62,856 nucleotides of DNA. Source: Eubacterium sp. GTDB lineage: Bacteria; Bacillota; Clostridia; Lachnospirales; Lachnospiraceae. Both the position numbers and the translations under genes were made by a program. The DNA lies in the NCBI GenBank assembly GCA_017459675.1, contig JAFUCM010000006.1:1-62856 (forward strand). The letters run 5' to 3'. The notes beneath the pieces were generated by a model. The model searched no databases, was not told where the DNA came from, and saw only the letters and a program-made list of their open reading frames with translations. This document shows positions 1-8,964 of the stretch, in pieces (position 1 is the stretch's first letter; every line of letters starts with the position of its first letter).

Positions 1-633
1 CAGCCGGATCTGATTCGCGATCCTATGGCTGCATATGGAAATGAGGGAATCGGGCCGTACACGGTGGATGACTATATAAAGCTCCCCGAAGACGTAAGAG
101 TGGAGCTGATTGACGGATACTTCTATAATAAGGCATCGGCATTGCCGCTCCATCAGCAGCTGCTCGGGCAGCTGCATCTTCAGATTTATAACTGCATTGA
201 GAAAAGCGGACGGGCGTGTGAGGTCTATCTGGCACCGTCGGATGTTCAGCTCGATCGTGATATCTATACGATGGTGCAGCCCGATCTGTATGTGATCTGT
301 GAATTGCAGGATTCGAAACAGCGTGCTTTTCAGGGTGCGCCGGATTTTGTCGTGGAAATTTTGTCTCCGTCCAGCCGGTCACATGATATGATCCGCAAGT
401 ACAGGAAGTACAGAGATGCCGGGGTGAAGGAGTACTGGATTGTGGATCCGGAAAAACGGAAGGTGATCGTATTTGATTTTGCAGCGGGCAGGGATTTTGA
501 CAAAGCAGCCGGTAAGGAAGCCGGAAGAAGGGAATATTCTTTTGAAGATGTGATTCCGATCGGGATCTCTGCAGGAGCATGCACGATTGATTTTGCAAAG
601 ACCAGTGGAAAGGTAAGGCGGTTTTATGAGTGA
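1..633 (+). CDS. Uma2/DUF820 family PD-(D/E)xK endonuclease, paralog 1 (probably 5'-truncated by the window edge)
   Basis: VELIDG, VQPD, VEILSPS, KYRDAGVKEYWIVDP motifs. The frame is open from base 1 (QPDLIRDPMAAY resembles the VREPLEAY N-terminal motif of the paralogs). Confidence 0.85.
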   Translation, partial: QPDLIRDPMAAYGNEGIGPYTVDDYIKLPEDVRVELIDGYFYNKASALPLHQQLLGQLHLQIYNCIEKSGRACEVYLAPSDVQLDRDIYTMVQPDLYVICELQDSKQRAFQGAPDFVVEILSPSSRSHDMIRKYRKYRDAGVKEYWIVDPEKRKVIVFDFAAGRDFDKAAGKEAGRREYSFEDVIPIGISAGACTIDFAKTSGKVRRFYE

Positions 634-1279
634 GCAGGACAACATCAGAAAGCTGGAAGAGATTTACAGGAAGGCGGGGATTGTCTGCGACCCTGTGGAG
701 GCATACAATCTTCCGGAAAAAGGACCGTATACGATTGAAGATTATTATGCGATCCCGGATGAGCGGAGGGTAGAGCTGATCGACGGCGTGATTTATGATA
801 TGGCAGCGCCGGATTATATTCATCAGCTGATTATCGCAGAGGTTCTTACGCAGATTAAGTCGTGTATCAGGAACCGTAAAACATCCTGCCGGGTTTTTCC
901 CTCGCCCTGCGATGTACAGCTGCAGGCTGACGGGGAAAATGACACGATTGTACAGCCCGATTTAATTATCATATGTAATAGAGAAATGTTAACGCGGCAA
1001 TTATGCAAGGGTGCGCCGGAGTTTGTCATGGAGGTCCTCTCAAGGACTACGCGCAGAAGAGATCTGTGGCTGAAACGGCAGAAATACAAGACTTCCGGGG
1101 TGCGGGAATACTGGATTGTGGATCCGGACAGCCGGCAGGTGTTCGTGTATGATTTTGACCATTCGGATGTGCCCGCGATGTATCCGTTTTCCGCGCAGAT
1201 CCCGATCCTGCTGTCAGAGGGGAAGTGTAGGATAGATTTTGCAAAAATCAGCGAAGCGATCGATGAATTAAATCTATAA
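626..1279 (+). CDS. Uma2/DUF820 family endonuclease, paralog 2
   Basis: VELIDGVIYDM, VQPD, EVLS, GVREYWIVDP motifs; overlaps the upstream stop by 8 nt. Confidence 0.88.
   Translation: MSEQDNIRKLEEIYRKAGIVCDPVEAYNLPEKGPYTIEDYYAIPDERRVELIDGVIYDMAAPDYIHQLIIAEVLTQIKSCIRNRKTSCRVFPSPCDVQLQADGENDTIVQPDLIIICNREMLTRQLCKGAPEFVMEVLSRTTRRRDLWLKRQKYKTSGVREYWIVDPDSRQVFVYDFDHSDVPAMYPFSAQIPILLSEGKCRIDFAKISEAIDELNL
696..805 (+). repeat. 110-bp near-identical direct repeat, copy 1 (copy 2 at 1385-1494)
   Basis: Manual alignment gives 6 mismatches in 110 bp, all synonymous; encodes EAYNLPEKGPYTIEDYYAIPDERRVELIDGVIYDMA. Confidence 0.9.
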
Positions 1280-1317
1280 GAGAATAACATCAAATCGAAA
1301 TAAACTGGAGGTTTAAG

Positions 1318-1965
1318 ATGGACAAATTTTACAATGAGCAGCTTGAGAAATTATATCGCAGGGCCGGTATCGTGCGGGAACCCCTGGAGGCATACAATCT
1401 TCCGGAAAAAGGTCCGTATACGATTGAAGATTATTATGCGATCCCGGATGAGCGGCGTGTGGAGCTGATTGACGGCGTGATCTATGATATGGCATCAGCC
1501 ACGCGGACACATCAGCGGATTATCGGCTTGATGTATCGTCAGATGATTGACTGCATCGAAGCGCATCATAAGGGATGCGAGGTGTTTTTCGCACCGAGCG
1601 ACGTACAGCTCGACCGGGATATCTGGACAATGGTGCAGCCGGATCTCTTTGTTGTATGCGAGATGACAGAACCGGGGGAACACGCACATCAGGGCGCACC
1701 CGCCTTTGTGGCAGAGGTGCTGTCGCCGTCGAACCGTGCGCACGATCTGATCCGAAAGCTGTATAAATACAAAAATGCCGGCGTGAGGGAGTACTGGGTG
1801 ATTGATCCGGAGAACAGAGTCGTCCTGGTGTATGATTTCGAAAACGAAAAGTCTGTTCAGGAATATTCTTTTCAGGACAAGATTCCGTTCGGCATTTCAG
1901 AGGGATGCTGTGCGGTGGATTTTGCAGAAATTGACCGGTCTGTTGCAAAATACGATTATCGGTAA
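1318..1965 (+). CDS. Uma2/DUF820 family endonuclease, paralog 3
   Basis: GGAGG RBS; same Uma2 motifs. Confidence 0.88.
   Translation: MDKFYNEQLEKLYRRAGIVREPLEAYNLPEKGPYTIEDYYAIPDERRVELIDGVIYDMASATRTHQRIIGLMYRQMIDCIEAHHKGCEVFFAPSDVQLDRDIWTMVQPDLFVVCEMTEPGEHAHQGAPAFVAEVLSPSNRAHDLIRKLYKYKNAGVREYWVIDPENRVVLVYDFENEKSVQEYSFQDKIPFGISEGCCAVDFAEIDRSVAKYDYR
1385..1494 (+). repeat. 110-bp near-identical direct repeat, copy 2
   Basis: Matches 696-805. Confidence 0.9.
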
Positions 1966-2091
1966 TGCCGGTGGAATCACTATGGGGATCCCGTTTGAAA
2001 AATAACCGGCGCATTCTCGCGACTTCGTGTGAAGTTCACCAGGGAAGGGAAATTCCCGCAAGTTTGTGAAAGTATACAGCAAATATTTTCA

Positions 2092-2120
2092 TTGACAGAA
2101 ATTACACCCGCGCGTATTAT
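2092..2120 (+). promoter_or_regulatory. sigmaA-type promoter of the cobalamin operon
   Basis: TTGACA-N17-TATTAT directly upstream of the riboswitch. Confidence 0.75.
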
Positions 2121-2160
2121 GAACGGTGAGTCATTCTAAATAATTTCATATAAATTTAAT

Positions 2161-2412
2161 CTTCAGTGCCGGCCGTCAGACGATGGCGGCGGGGTAAAAG
2201 GGAATCAGGTGAAAGTCCTGAACGATCCGGTCACTGTAAGCAGGGAATCTTCCGCAAAATGCCATTGTACAAAGAAGCAGCGGACCGCCGTTGTTGATGA
2301 ACCAGACAGTTTGAGCGTCTGGGTATTAACGGGTGGTAAATGAAAGAAGCTGTAAGCGTGTATGAGAAGGCGCGGCAAGGTGTTGATCTGCAAGTCAGGA
2401 AACCTGCTGGAG
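2161..2412 (+). ncRNA. Cobalamin (AdoCbl) riboswitch
   Basis: AAAAGGGAAtcaGGTGAAAgTCCtg, CACTGTAA, GCCATTG, GAGAAGGCG and B12-box AAGTCAGGAAACCTGC in canonical order; P1 CTTCAG/CTGGAG; lies upstream of cbi genes. Confidence 0.9.
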
Positions 2413-2488
2413 ATGCGTGGATATGCTTCCGGAGAAAGCAGATGACACAGGGTGCCATGGCGAGAGCCGTGGTTTGTTTTGTGCGTGT

Positions 2489-2521
2489 GCCTGCTTTTCT
2501 TTTGGAAGAGCAGGTTTTTTT
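2489..2521 (+). terminator. Intrinsic terminator, riboswitch expression platform
   Basis: Stem GCCTGCTTTTC/GAAGAGCAGGT followed by a T-run, between riboswitch and first CDS. Confidence 0.7.
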
Positions 2522-2608
2522 GCTACTGAATTGTGAGGATAGTTTATTCAGACACAATTTCAGCATAAATTATTTTTCATTTTTCTAGTTTGAAGGAGGA
2601 AAAGCAAC

Positions 2609-3922
2609 ATGAAAAAGAGAGTAGTAGCAGTATTGATGGCAGCAGTTCTCAGTACAGCTATGCTGGCTGGCTGTGGTTCAGGCAGCAGCTCTGCAAGCAG
2701 TGCTGCAAGTGCAGCATCTGAGGCGGAAGAAGCCGTTTCTGAGGCGGCGAGCAGTGCAGCATCTGAGGCAGAGGAAGCTGTTTCCGAAGCAGCAGAATCT
2801 GAGGCAGCTGAGGCAGAGTCCGAGGCAGCAGAAGAGGGCGGCGATGATCAGGCAAAGGCTGACGAGGTTGCAGCTCTGATCGATGCAATCTATGTGCAGG
2901 AAAGAACCGATGAGACCGACGCACAGATCGACGCAGCAAAAGCAGGCTGGGATGCACTGACCGATGCACAGAAGGAACTGGTTGAAGGCGAATTTGCTGA
3001 TCCGGATTACTTTGGAAGAGATACCGGTGACGCTTCTGCAGATGATCCGCGCAACGCAGACGAGATCGGCGAGAACGAGATCCTGGTTGTCAGCTTCGGT
3101 ACTTCCTTTAACGAGAGCCGCGCAACTGACATCAAGGGCATTGAGGATACCCTGCAGGAAGCATTCCCGGACTGGGCAGTCAGACGTGCATTTACTGCAC
3201 AGATCATCATCAACCACGTACAGGCAAGAGACGGTGAGAAGATCGACAACGTTGATCAGGCGCTGCAGCGTGCAGTTGACAATGGCGTTAAGAACCTCGT
3301 TGTTCAGCCGACCCATCTGATGCACGGCGCCGAGTATGATGAGCTGGTTGGTGTTCTTGAGGGATATCAGGATCAGTTCGAGAGCGTTGCAGTTGCTGAG
3401 CCGCTTCTGGGCGAAGTTGGTGAAGATGCAACCGTCATCAACGATGACAAGAAGGCAGTTGCTGAGGCTGTTACAGCTGAAGCTGTTGCAGAAGCAGGAT
3501 TTGATTCTCTGGATGCTGCAAAAGAAGACGGCACAGCATTCGTATTCATCGGTCACGGAACCGCTCATGTTGCTAATGTAACCTACAGCCAGATGCAGGC
3601 ACAGATGGATGACCTCGGCTATGACAATGTCTTCATCGGCACCGTTGAAGGCGAGCCGGAAGGCACAGAGTGCGCAGCAATTATCGAGAACGTTAAAGCT
3701 GCTGGCTACAAGAACGTTGTTCTTCGCCCGCTGATGGTTGTTGCAGGCGACCACGCTAACAACGATATGGCTGATCCGGAAGATGAGGAGTCATGGCTTG
3801 CTCAGTTCACAGCTGACGGTTCTTTCGAGAAGATCGATACACAGATCGCAGGCCTCGGCCGCATCGATGCTGTTGAGCAGCTGTACGTTGCACATACACA
3901 GGCAGCGATCGACGCTGAATAA
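2609..3922 (+). CDS. cbiK: Sirohydrochlorin cobaltochelatase CbiK, lipoprotein form with acidic Ala/Glu/Ser linker
   Basis: Lipobox MLAGC; ILVVSFGTS, RRAFT, QPTH, GHGT, GTVEG, LRPLMVVAGDHANNDM. Confidence 0.88.
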   Translation: MKKRVVAVLMAAVLSTAMLAGCGSGSSSASSAASAASEAEEAVSEAASSAASEAEEAVSEAAESEAAEAESEAAEEGGDDQAKADEVAALIDAIYVQERTDETDAQIDAAKAGWDALTDAQKELVEGEFADPDYFGRDTGDASADDPRNADEIGENEILVVSFGTSFNESRATDIKGIEDTLQEAFPDWAVRRAFTAQIIINHVQARDGEKIDNVDQALQRAVDNGVKNLVVQPTHLMHGAEYDELVGVLEGYQDQFESVAVAEPLLGEVGEDATVINDDKKAVAEAVTAEAVAEAGFDSLDAAKEDGTAFVFIGHGTAHVANVTYSQMQAQMDDLGYDNVFIGTVEGEPEGTECAAIIENVKAAGYKNVVLRPLMVVAGDHANNDMADPEDEESWLAQFTADGSFEKIDTQIAGLGRIDAVEQLYVAHTQAAIDAE

Positions 3923-3981
3923 TTTATCAGACAGAAATAGAAGACTTGTTTCAGCGATGAAGCGGTTGTAAATTGAACAGG

Positions 3982-4016
3982 AAGGGCTGCAGCACAAAAT
4001 CGGTGCGGCAGCCCTT
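3982..4016 (+). other. Intergenic stem-loop without U-tract (possible mRNA stabiliser)
   Basis: AAGGGCTGC.GCAC/GTGC.GCAGCCCTT inverted repeat after cbiK. Confidence 0.5.
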
Positions 4017-4095
4017 GCGTTGTATCAATGCGATCCCAGGTTCCGGGAGAGCATATGTGCGAAGCAGGAAGTCCTTGCAGTTTGGAGGAAACATC

Positions 4096-4728
4096 ATGAA
4101 AAACAGAGTGGCAGCAGTGCTGCTGGCAGTTGTAATGACAGCAGGTATGCTGACCGGCTGCGGAGCAGGAAGTTCAGCGGCAGAGAGTGCCCCAAGTGCG
4201 GTGTCGTCAGCAGCTCCTGAAGCGAAGGAAGAGACGACAGAATCCGTATCTGCGTCTGAGACAGAAGAGACGGCCGGTGCGGCATCTGCGTCTGAAGCGG
4301 CGGAGGAAGACACAGCGGCAGTATCTGAAGCAGCAGAAAACGGGACAGCAGCAATTGAAGATGGCACTTATCTTGCCGAATTTACAACGGACAGCACCAT
4401 GTTTCATGTCAATGAAGCAAATGACGGAAAAGGAATTCTGACCGTCGCGGACGGAAAAATGACGATCCATGTTTCTCTGGTATCCAAGAGCATTGTCAAC
4501 CTGTATCCGGGTCTGGCGGAAGATGCGCAGAAGGATGGCGCAGAGCTGCTGGAGCCGACAGAAGATGAGGTGACTTACAGCGACGGCATGACAGAGAAGG
4601 TTTATGGGTTCGACATCCCTGTTCCGGTGCTGGATGAAGAATTTGACTGTGCACTGATCGGAACCAAGGGAAAATGGTATGATCATAAGGTCAGCGTATC
4701 AAATCCGGAGCCATATACAGAAGAATAA
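4096..4728 (+). CDS. Lipoprotein with an uncharacterised beta-rich domain (DGTY..STMF..KWYD type)
   Basis: GGAGG RBS before ATG 4096; lipobox MLTGC; low-complexity linker; domain resembles the first domain of 4964-6295. Confidence 0.75.
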   Translation: MKNRVAAVLLAVVMTAGMLTGCGAGSSAAESAPSAVSSAAPEAKEETTESVSASETEETAGAASASEAAEEDTAAVSEAAENGTAAIEDGTYLAEFTTDSTMFHVNEANDGKGILTVADGKMTIHVSLVSKSIVNLYPGLAEDAQKDGAELLEPTEDEVTYSDGMTEKVYGFDIPVPVLDEEFDCALIGTKGKWYDHKVSVSNPEPYTEE

Positions 4729-4739
4729 AACCAGAGAGG

Positions 4740-4765
4740 AAACCGCTGCAGTTATACAGCGGTTT
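4740..4765 (+). terminator. Putative terminator hairpin
   Basis: AAACCGCTG/CAGCGGTTT, then CATGTTTT. Confidence 0.5.
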
Positions 4766-4963
4766 CATGTTTTAATGCGGGTTTGCAGCCGGCGATTTAT
4801 CTGATGCAAAAAATGTGAAGGTTCCGGCAAAAAAATAAGCTGTGAACTTAACATACAGTATGATATAGTTGTTTCAATGGTCATGAATGGAACCGCAAAT
4901 ATATGCGAAAGATTTTGGGCCTTCGGAAAAGAATAAAACAGAAGGAATTGAACGGAAAGATAC

Positions 4964-6295
4964 ATGCTGAAGAAAAACAGGCAGACAGGAAAATTAAAGA
5001 TTGCCGCACGGGTCAGTGTGTTTTTCATCTGGTTCATTCTGGGTGTTCTTATTGTCGGGAATACAGCGGTCCTTGCGGCGGAAGGCTATGATAAGGCTGC
5101 AGCGAAGCAGGGGAAATTCGAGGCGGACAAGGTTACAGTTTACGGGATGACACCTGTCGATGGCAACTGTGTTGCTGATGGAACCTATCCGGTGGAGGTG
5201 CGGTCGAGTTCAAAGTATTTCCGGATCACTTCGGCAGAATTGCAGGTTTCCGGTGGCGCGATGCAGCTTGCAGTTGAGATGGACAGTACGGCATATGAAT
5301 ATGTGTATCCGGGAATGGGCATTGCGGCGGCAAAGGCAGAGCAGTCGGATTTCATTGCGCTGGAGAAGACGGATACAGGGACGGCATTTACCCTGGAGGT
5401 TCCCGCTTTGAATCAGGCGTTTCCATGCGCGGCATTCAGCAAAAAGAAAAAGAAGTGGTATGACCGTGCGCTTCTGGTTGATGCATCCTCGCTGCCGGAG
5501 GAGGCACTTTCCGTAAATGTGCCGGATTATGATCTGCTGGAAGAAGCGCTGGACGCATATGCGGCGGACCCGGAGCACGCGGATCAGGTAAAGGATGCGC
5601 GGGAGACATTTTACGCGGCAGAAGCGGCGGCGCAGGGCGTCGGGACAGACACAGCAGGAAAGAATAAAAGTGCAGTCTCAGCGTCATCCGGAACCACGGG
5701 AAGTGGAAATTCGCAGTCAAATAGCGGCGGAGCAGGCAACACGGGCGAAGCGGCAGAAACGACAGCATCATCTGCCGCGGGATCCACAGATACGGAAGAT
5801 AGTCTGATCGAAATGATGGATGCGGAGACGATGCGTGCGATCCCGGAGGCGGTACCGCTTGACCTGGCCGACGGCACGTATGCGATCGAGGTTACGATGA
5901 CCGGCGGCAGCGGCCGGGCGAGCATCAGTTCACCGACCTGGCTGATCGTACAGGATGGGAAGGCATTTGCAAAACTTCTGTGGAGCAGTACTTATTACGA
6001 CTACATGATTGTGAATGGCCGGAAGTACCTGAATCAGACAACGGACGGCGGTAATTCTACATTTATAATTCCGGTCACAGCACTTGATGAACCGATGGAA
6101 GTTGTGGCGGATACGACCGCGATGGGAGATCCGGTTGCCATCGACTATGTGCTGACATTTTATGAGGATACGATCGGAAGTAAAAGCCAGATTCCGCAGG
6201 AAGCGGCAAAGAAGGTACTGATATCTGCTTTGATCATCATGGCTGCCGGCGGCATTGTCAATTATTTTGTTAAGCGAAGAAGAACCGGTGCCTGA
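4964..6295 (+). CDS. Surface protein: signal peptide, two related beta-rich domains, C-terminal TM anchor with basic tail
   Basis: N-terminal hydrophobic stretch; two ADGTY-starting domains separated by a Ser/Gly/Thr linker; C-terminal VLISALIIMAAGGIVNYFVKRRR. Confidence 0.75.
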   Translation: MLKKNRQTGKLKIAARVSVFFIWFILGVLIVGNTAVLAAEGYDKAAAKQGKFEADKVTVYGMTPVDGNCVADGTYPVEVRSSSKYFRITSAELQVSGGAMQLAVEMDSTAYEYVYPGMGIAAAKAEQSDFIALEKTDTGTAFTLEVPALNQAFPCAAFSKKKKKWYDRALLVDASSLPEEALSVNVPDYDLLEEALDAYAADPEHADQVKDARETFYAAEAAAQGVGTDTAGKNKSAVSASSGTTGSGNSQSNSGGAGNTGEAAETTASSAAGSTDTEDSLIEMMDAETMRAIPEAVPLDLADGTYAIEVTMTGGSGRASISSPTWLIVQDGKAFAKLLWSSTYYDYMIVNGRKYLNQTTDGGNSTFIIPVTALDEPMEVVADTTAMGDPVAIDYVLTFYEDTIGSKSQIPQEAAKKVLISALIIMAAGGIVNYFVKRRRTGA

Positions 6296-6338
6296 CGGGC
6301 GCTTTTGAGTGATAAATTCTTTGAGGAGGAATGTACAG

Positions 6339-7022
6339 ATGAAGGGGATTGCATATGGTGTTGGTGTAGGACCGGGAGATCCGGAACTGATGACATTAAA
6401 GGCATGCCGCCTGATCCGGGAGAACCGCGTAATTGCTGTGCCCGGGCAGGATCCGGTAAAAGCGGTGGCTTATCAGATTGCCGTGCAGGCGGTTCCGGAG
6501 CTTGCGGATAAGGAACTGGTTGCGATCGACATGCCGATGGTCATGGACCGGAAAAAACAGCAGGAAGCGCACAGAGCCGGCGCGCAGCAGATCGCAGCGT
6601 ACCTGGAAAAGGGTGAAAATGTTGTTTATCTGACTCTGGGTGATTCAACGGTTTACTGCACCTTTACTTATCTGCAGAAAATACTGGAAGAAGATGGTTA
6701 TCAGACAGAGCTGGTGAACGGAATTCCTTCTTTCTGCGCGGCGGCGGCAAGGCTGAATATCCCGCTCATGGAGTGGAACGAACAGCTGCATGTGATTCCG
6801 GCGGCGCACAAGACAGACGTCAGGATGGATCAGCCGGGACAGTATGTATTGATGAAATCGGCAAGTCATATGAAAGAAATCAAAGAGCGGCTCCGGGAGA
6901 GCGGCCGTGACGTGCAGGTCGTGGAGAACTGCAGCATGCCGGATGAGAAGATTTACCGCAGTGTGGATGAGATGCCGGATGATGCAGGTTATTTCTCATT
7001 GATTATTGCGAAAGAGAAGTGA
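6339..7022 (+). CDS. cbiL: Cobalt-precorrin-2 C20-methyltransferase
   Basis: YGVGVGPGDPELMTLKA, YLTLGD..VY.TF, NGIPSFCAAAA, GYFSLII; GAGGAGG RBS before 6339. Confidence 0.88.
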   Translation: MKGIAYGVGVGPGDPELMTLKACRLIRENRVIAVPGQDPVKAVAYQIAVQAVPELADKELVAIDMPMVMDRKKQQEAHRAGAQQIAAYLEKGENVVYLTLGDSTVYCTFTYLQKILEEDGYQTELVNGIPSFCAAAARLNIPLMEWNEQLHVIPAAHKTDVRMDQPGQYVLMKSASHMKEIKERLRESGRDVQVVENCSMPDEKIYRSVDEMPDDAGYFSLIIAKEK

Positions 7023-7039
7023 CAGATTTTTTGTGAAGA

Positions 7040-7101
7040 AGGAGATGGATCATTGTCTCCTTGCTCAGGTGGAATTCGCAGGAGACAATGATCCATCTCC
7101 T
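7040..7101. repeat. REP/MITE-like palindrome, family A
   Basis: Perfect 22-bp IR AGGAGATGGATCATTGTCTCCT / AGGAGACAATGATCCATCTCCT around loop TGCTCAGGTGGAATTCGC; the same loop recurs at 23958-24144. Confidence 0.8.
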
Positions 7102-7123
7102 CGAAAGATAATGATAGAAACAA

Positions 7124-7957
7124 ATGATTGAACTTCAGAATCTCACGAAGAAATTTGGAAATTTTACGGCGGTGGATCATATTGATCTGCGGATTGAGAC
7201 GGGGGAGTTTTTCGGACTGCTCGGTCCGAATGGCGCCGGCAAGACGACGACGATCAGCATGATGTCCACGGTGCTTTTGCCGACGGAAGGATCTGTCAGT
7301 ATCGACGGGACGGTACTGACCCGGAAGTCTTCCAGGGAGAAACAGAAGCTGTCCGTGATCACGCAGGAATTTTCCATGCGGCAGGATATGACGATCGATG
7401 AAGTGATGGAATACCAGGGCCGGCTGTATTTCCTGCCGAAAAAGGTGATTCGGCAGAAGACCGAAGAGCTGCTGGAATTTGCCGGGCTTCTGCAGTTTCG
7501 CAAACGGATTGTGCGGCATCTTTCAGGCGGCATGAAACGCAAGGTTATGATCTGCCGCGCACTGATGACGGAGCCGGAGATTATGCTGCTCGATGAGCCG
7601 ACTGCGGGTATGGATGCGGTTTCACGGCGCCAGATGTGGAATCTGCTGCGGCAGCTGAACAGCCAGAACATGACGATTGTTCTGACAACGCATTTTATTG
7701 ATGAGGCGCAGGCGCTTTGCGGAAGGGTTGCGCTGATGAATCAGGGAAAGCTGGAGCAGATTGATACACCGGACAATCTGATCACCGAACTGGGAGCATT
7801 TGCGGTGGATGAGCCGTCCGAGGAAATGCTGCACAGCAGTTATTTTCACACCCGCGAAGAGGCGATTGCATATCTGTCGCAGGCAGGCGGGCATGCTTCG
7901 CTGCGCCGCACAACGCTTGAGGATGTATTTGTGGAGCGCGTCGGACGGAGACTATAA
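7124..7957 (+). CDS. ABC transporter ATP-binding protein (DrrA/NodI-like exporter type)
   Basis: GPNGAGKTT, LSGGM, LLDEPT, TTH. Confidence 0.9.
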   Translation: MIELQNLTKKFGNFTAVDHIDLRIETGEFFGLLGPNGAGKTTTISMMSTVLLPTEGSVSIDGTVLTRKSSREKQKLSVITQEFSMRQDMTIDEVMEYQGRLYFLPKKVIRQKTEELLEFAGLLQFRKRIVRHLSGGMKRKVMICRALMTEPEIMLLDEPTAGMDAVSRRQMWNLLRQLNSQNMTIVLTTHFIDEAQALCGRVALMNQGKLEQIDTPDNLITELGAFAVDEPSEEMLHSSYFHTREEAIAYLSQAGGHASLRRTTLEDVFVERVGRRL

Positions 7958-8110
7958 ATCGGGGTTTGTCGGGTTCGCGTGCGATACAGTAAGCGTCCGG
8001 AGCAGGATACATTTCCTAAGCAGCGAATCCCATCTGAGCTGCGTGGAAATTGTATCCTGCGAACGGACGCGAACTTTTATGAAACAATCGCCCCGACAAA
8101 CCCCGATTTA
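7955..8110. mobile_element. 156-bp MITE-like element
   Basis: Perfect 19-bp terminal IR TAAATCGGGGTTTGTCGGG / CCCGACAAACCCCGATTTA; nested internal IRs (GCGTCCG, GCAGGATACA..TTTCC); no ORF. Confidence 0.7.
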
Positions 8111-8124
8111 CGGAAGGAATGTAT

Positions 8125-8856
8125 ATGGGAATTGTAACTGTCCTCTGGGAAAAGTGGACTGAATTTAAGCGGGATTTTTATAAGATCACGCTGGCTGCCA
8201 TGATCTCTCCGCTGATGTATCTGATTATTTTCGGATTTGGCATTCAGACGACTTCGCACGGAGAGCCGTATCTGCAGTTTCTGATTCCCGGCATTGTCGC
8301 GATGTCAACGATGACCGGAAGTTTCAGTGCTGTGGCGCAGAATATGAGTGTGCAGCGGCTGTATGAGAAGGCGCTTGATCAGGTCATGGTCTCGCCGACA
8401 CCGCTGTGGCAGTTTATTGTCGGGCAGATTATCGGCGGAAGTCTGCGCGGGATGTATGCGGGATGTGTCATTCTGCTGCTTACGCTGCCGATTCAGACGA
8501 ATCTGATCTATAACGGCTGGTCGTTTGCCATGATGTTTCTGAACGGAACGGTGTTCTCGACCATCGCGCTGGTGCTTTCCTTTCTGGCGAAGAGTTACTC
8601 GGATGCGCCGCGCTATACGTCATATATCATTATGCCGATGTCGTTTCTGTGCAATACGTTTTTCTCAACGGATCAGATGCCGGGCGGATTCCGGCAGATC
8701 GTGGCGGCCATGCCGCTCTCGCAGGCGAGCCGGACGATCCGGAGCATTTCTGTCGGGGAGAATCCGGGCATTTACGGCTACCTGATTCAGCTGATTTATC
8801 TCGTGATATTTTCGCTGATTTCGTTTGGATTTATTTATAAGAAGAAGAATCTGTAA
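8125..8856 (+). CDS. ABC-2 type permease
   Basis: About 6 TM segments, YLQFLIPGIVAM, PMSFLCNTFFS; AAGGA RBS favours ATG 8125. Confidence 0.85.
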   Translation: MGIVTVLWEKWTEFKRDFYKITLAAMISPLMYLIIFGFGIQTTSHGEPYLQFLIPGIVAMSTMTGSFSAVAQNMSVQRLYEKALDQVMVSPTPLWQFIVGQIIGGSLRGMYAGCVILLLTLPIQTNLIYNGWSFAMMFLNGTVFSTIALVLSFLAKSYSDAPRYTSYIIMPMSFLCNTFFSTDQMPGGFRQIVAAMPLSQASRTIRSISVGENPGIYGYLIQLIYLVIFSLISFGFIYKKKNL

Positions 8857-8964
8857 TAACAGCGCATAAAGTTATCAATGTGCGCAGTGTGGCCTTCCGG
8901 CGGACAGAACGGGCATCATGAATGACTGCTGCGCCGGAAATGTGTCAGTAAACGGGGAATTTAT

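Noticed and set aside
696-1494. DGR template/variable repeat pair
   Set aside because: Both copies are coding and N-terminal, differences are synonymous and not confined to adenines, and no reverse transcriptase is in the window
2340-2588. 82-aa leader ORF before cbiK
   Set aside because: Overlaps the riboswitch and its terminator; no RBS or motif
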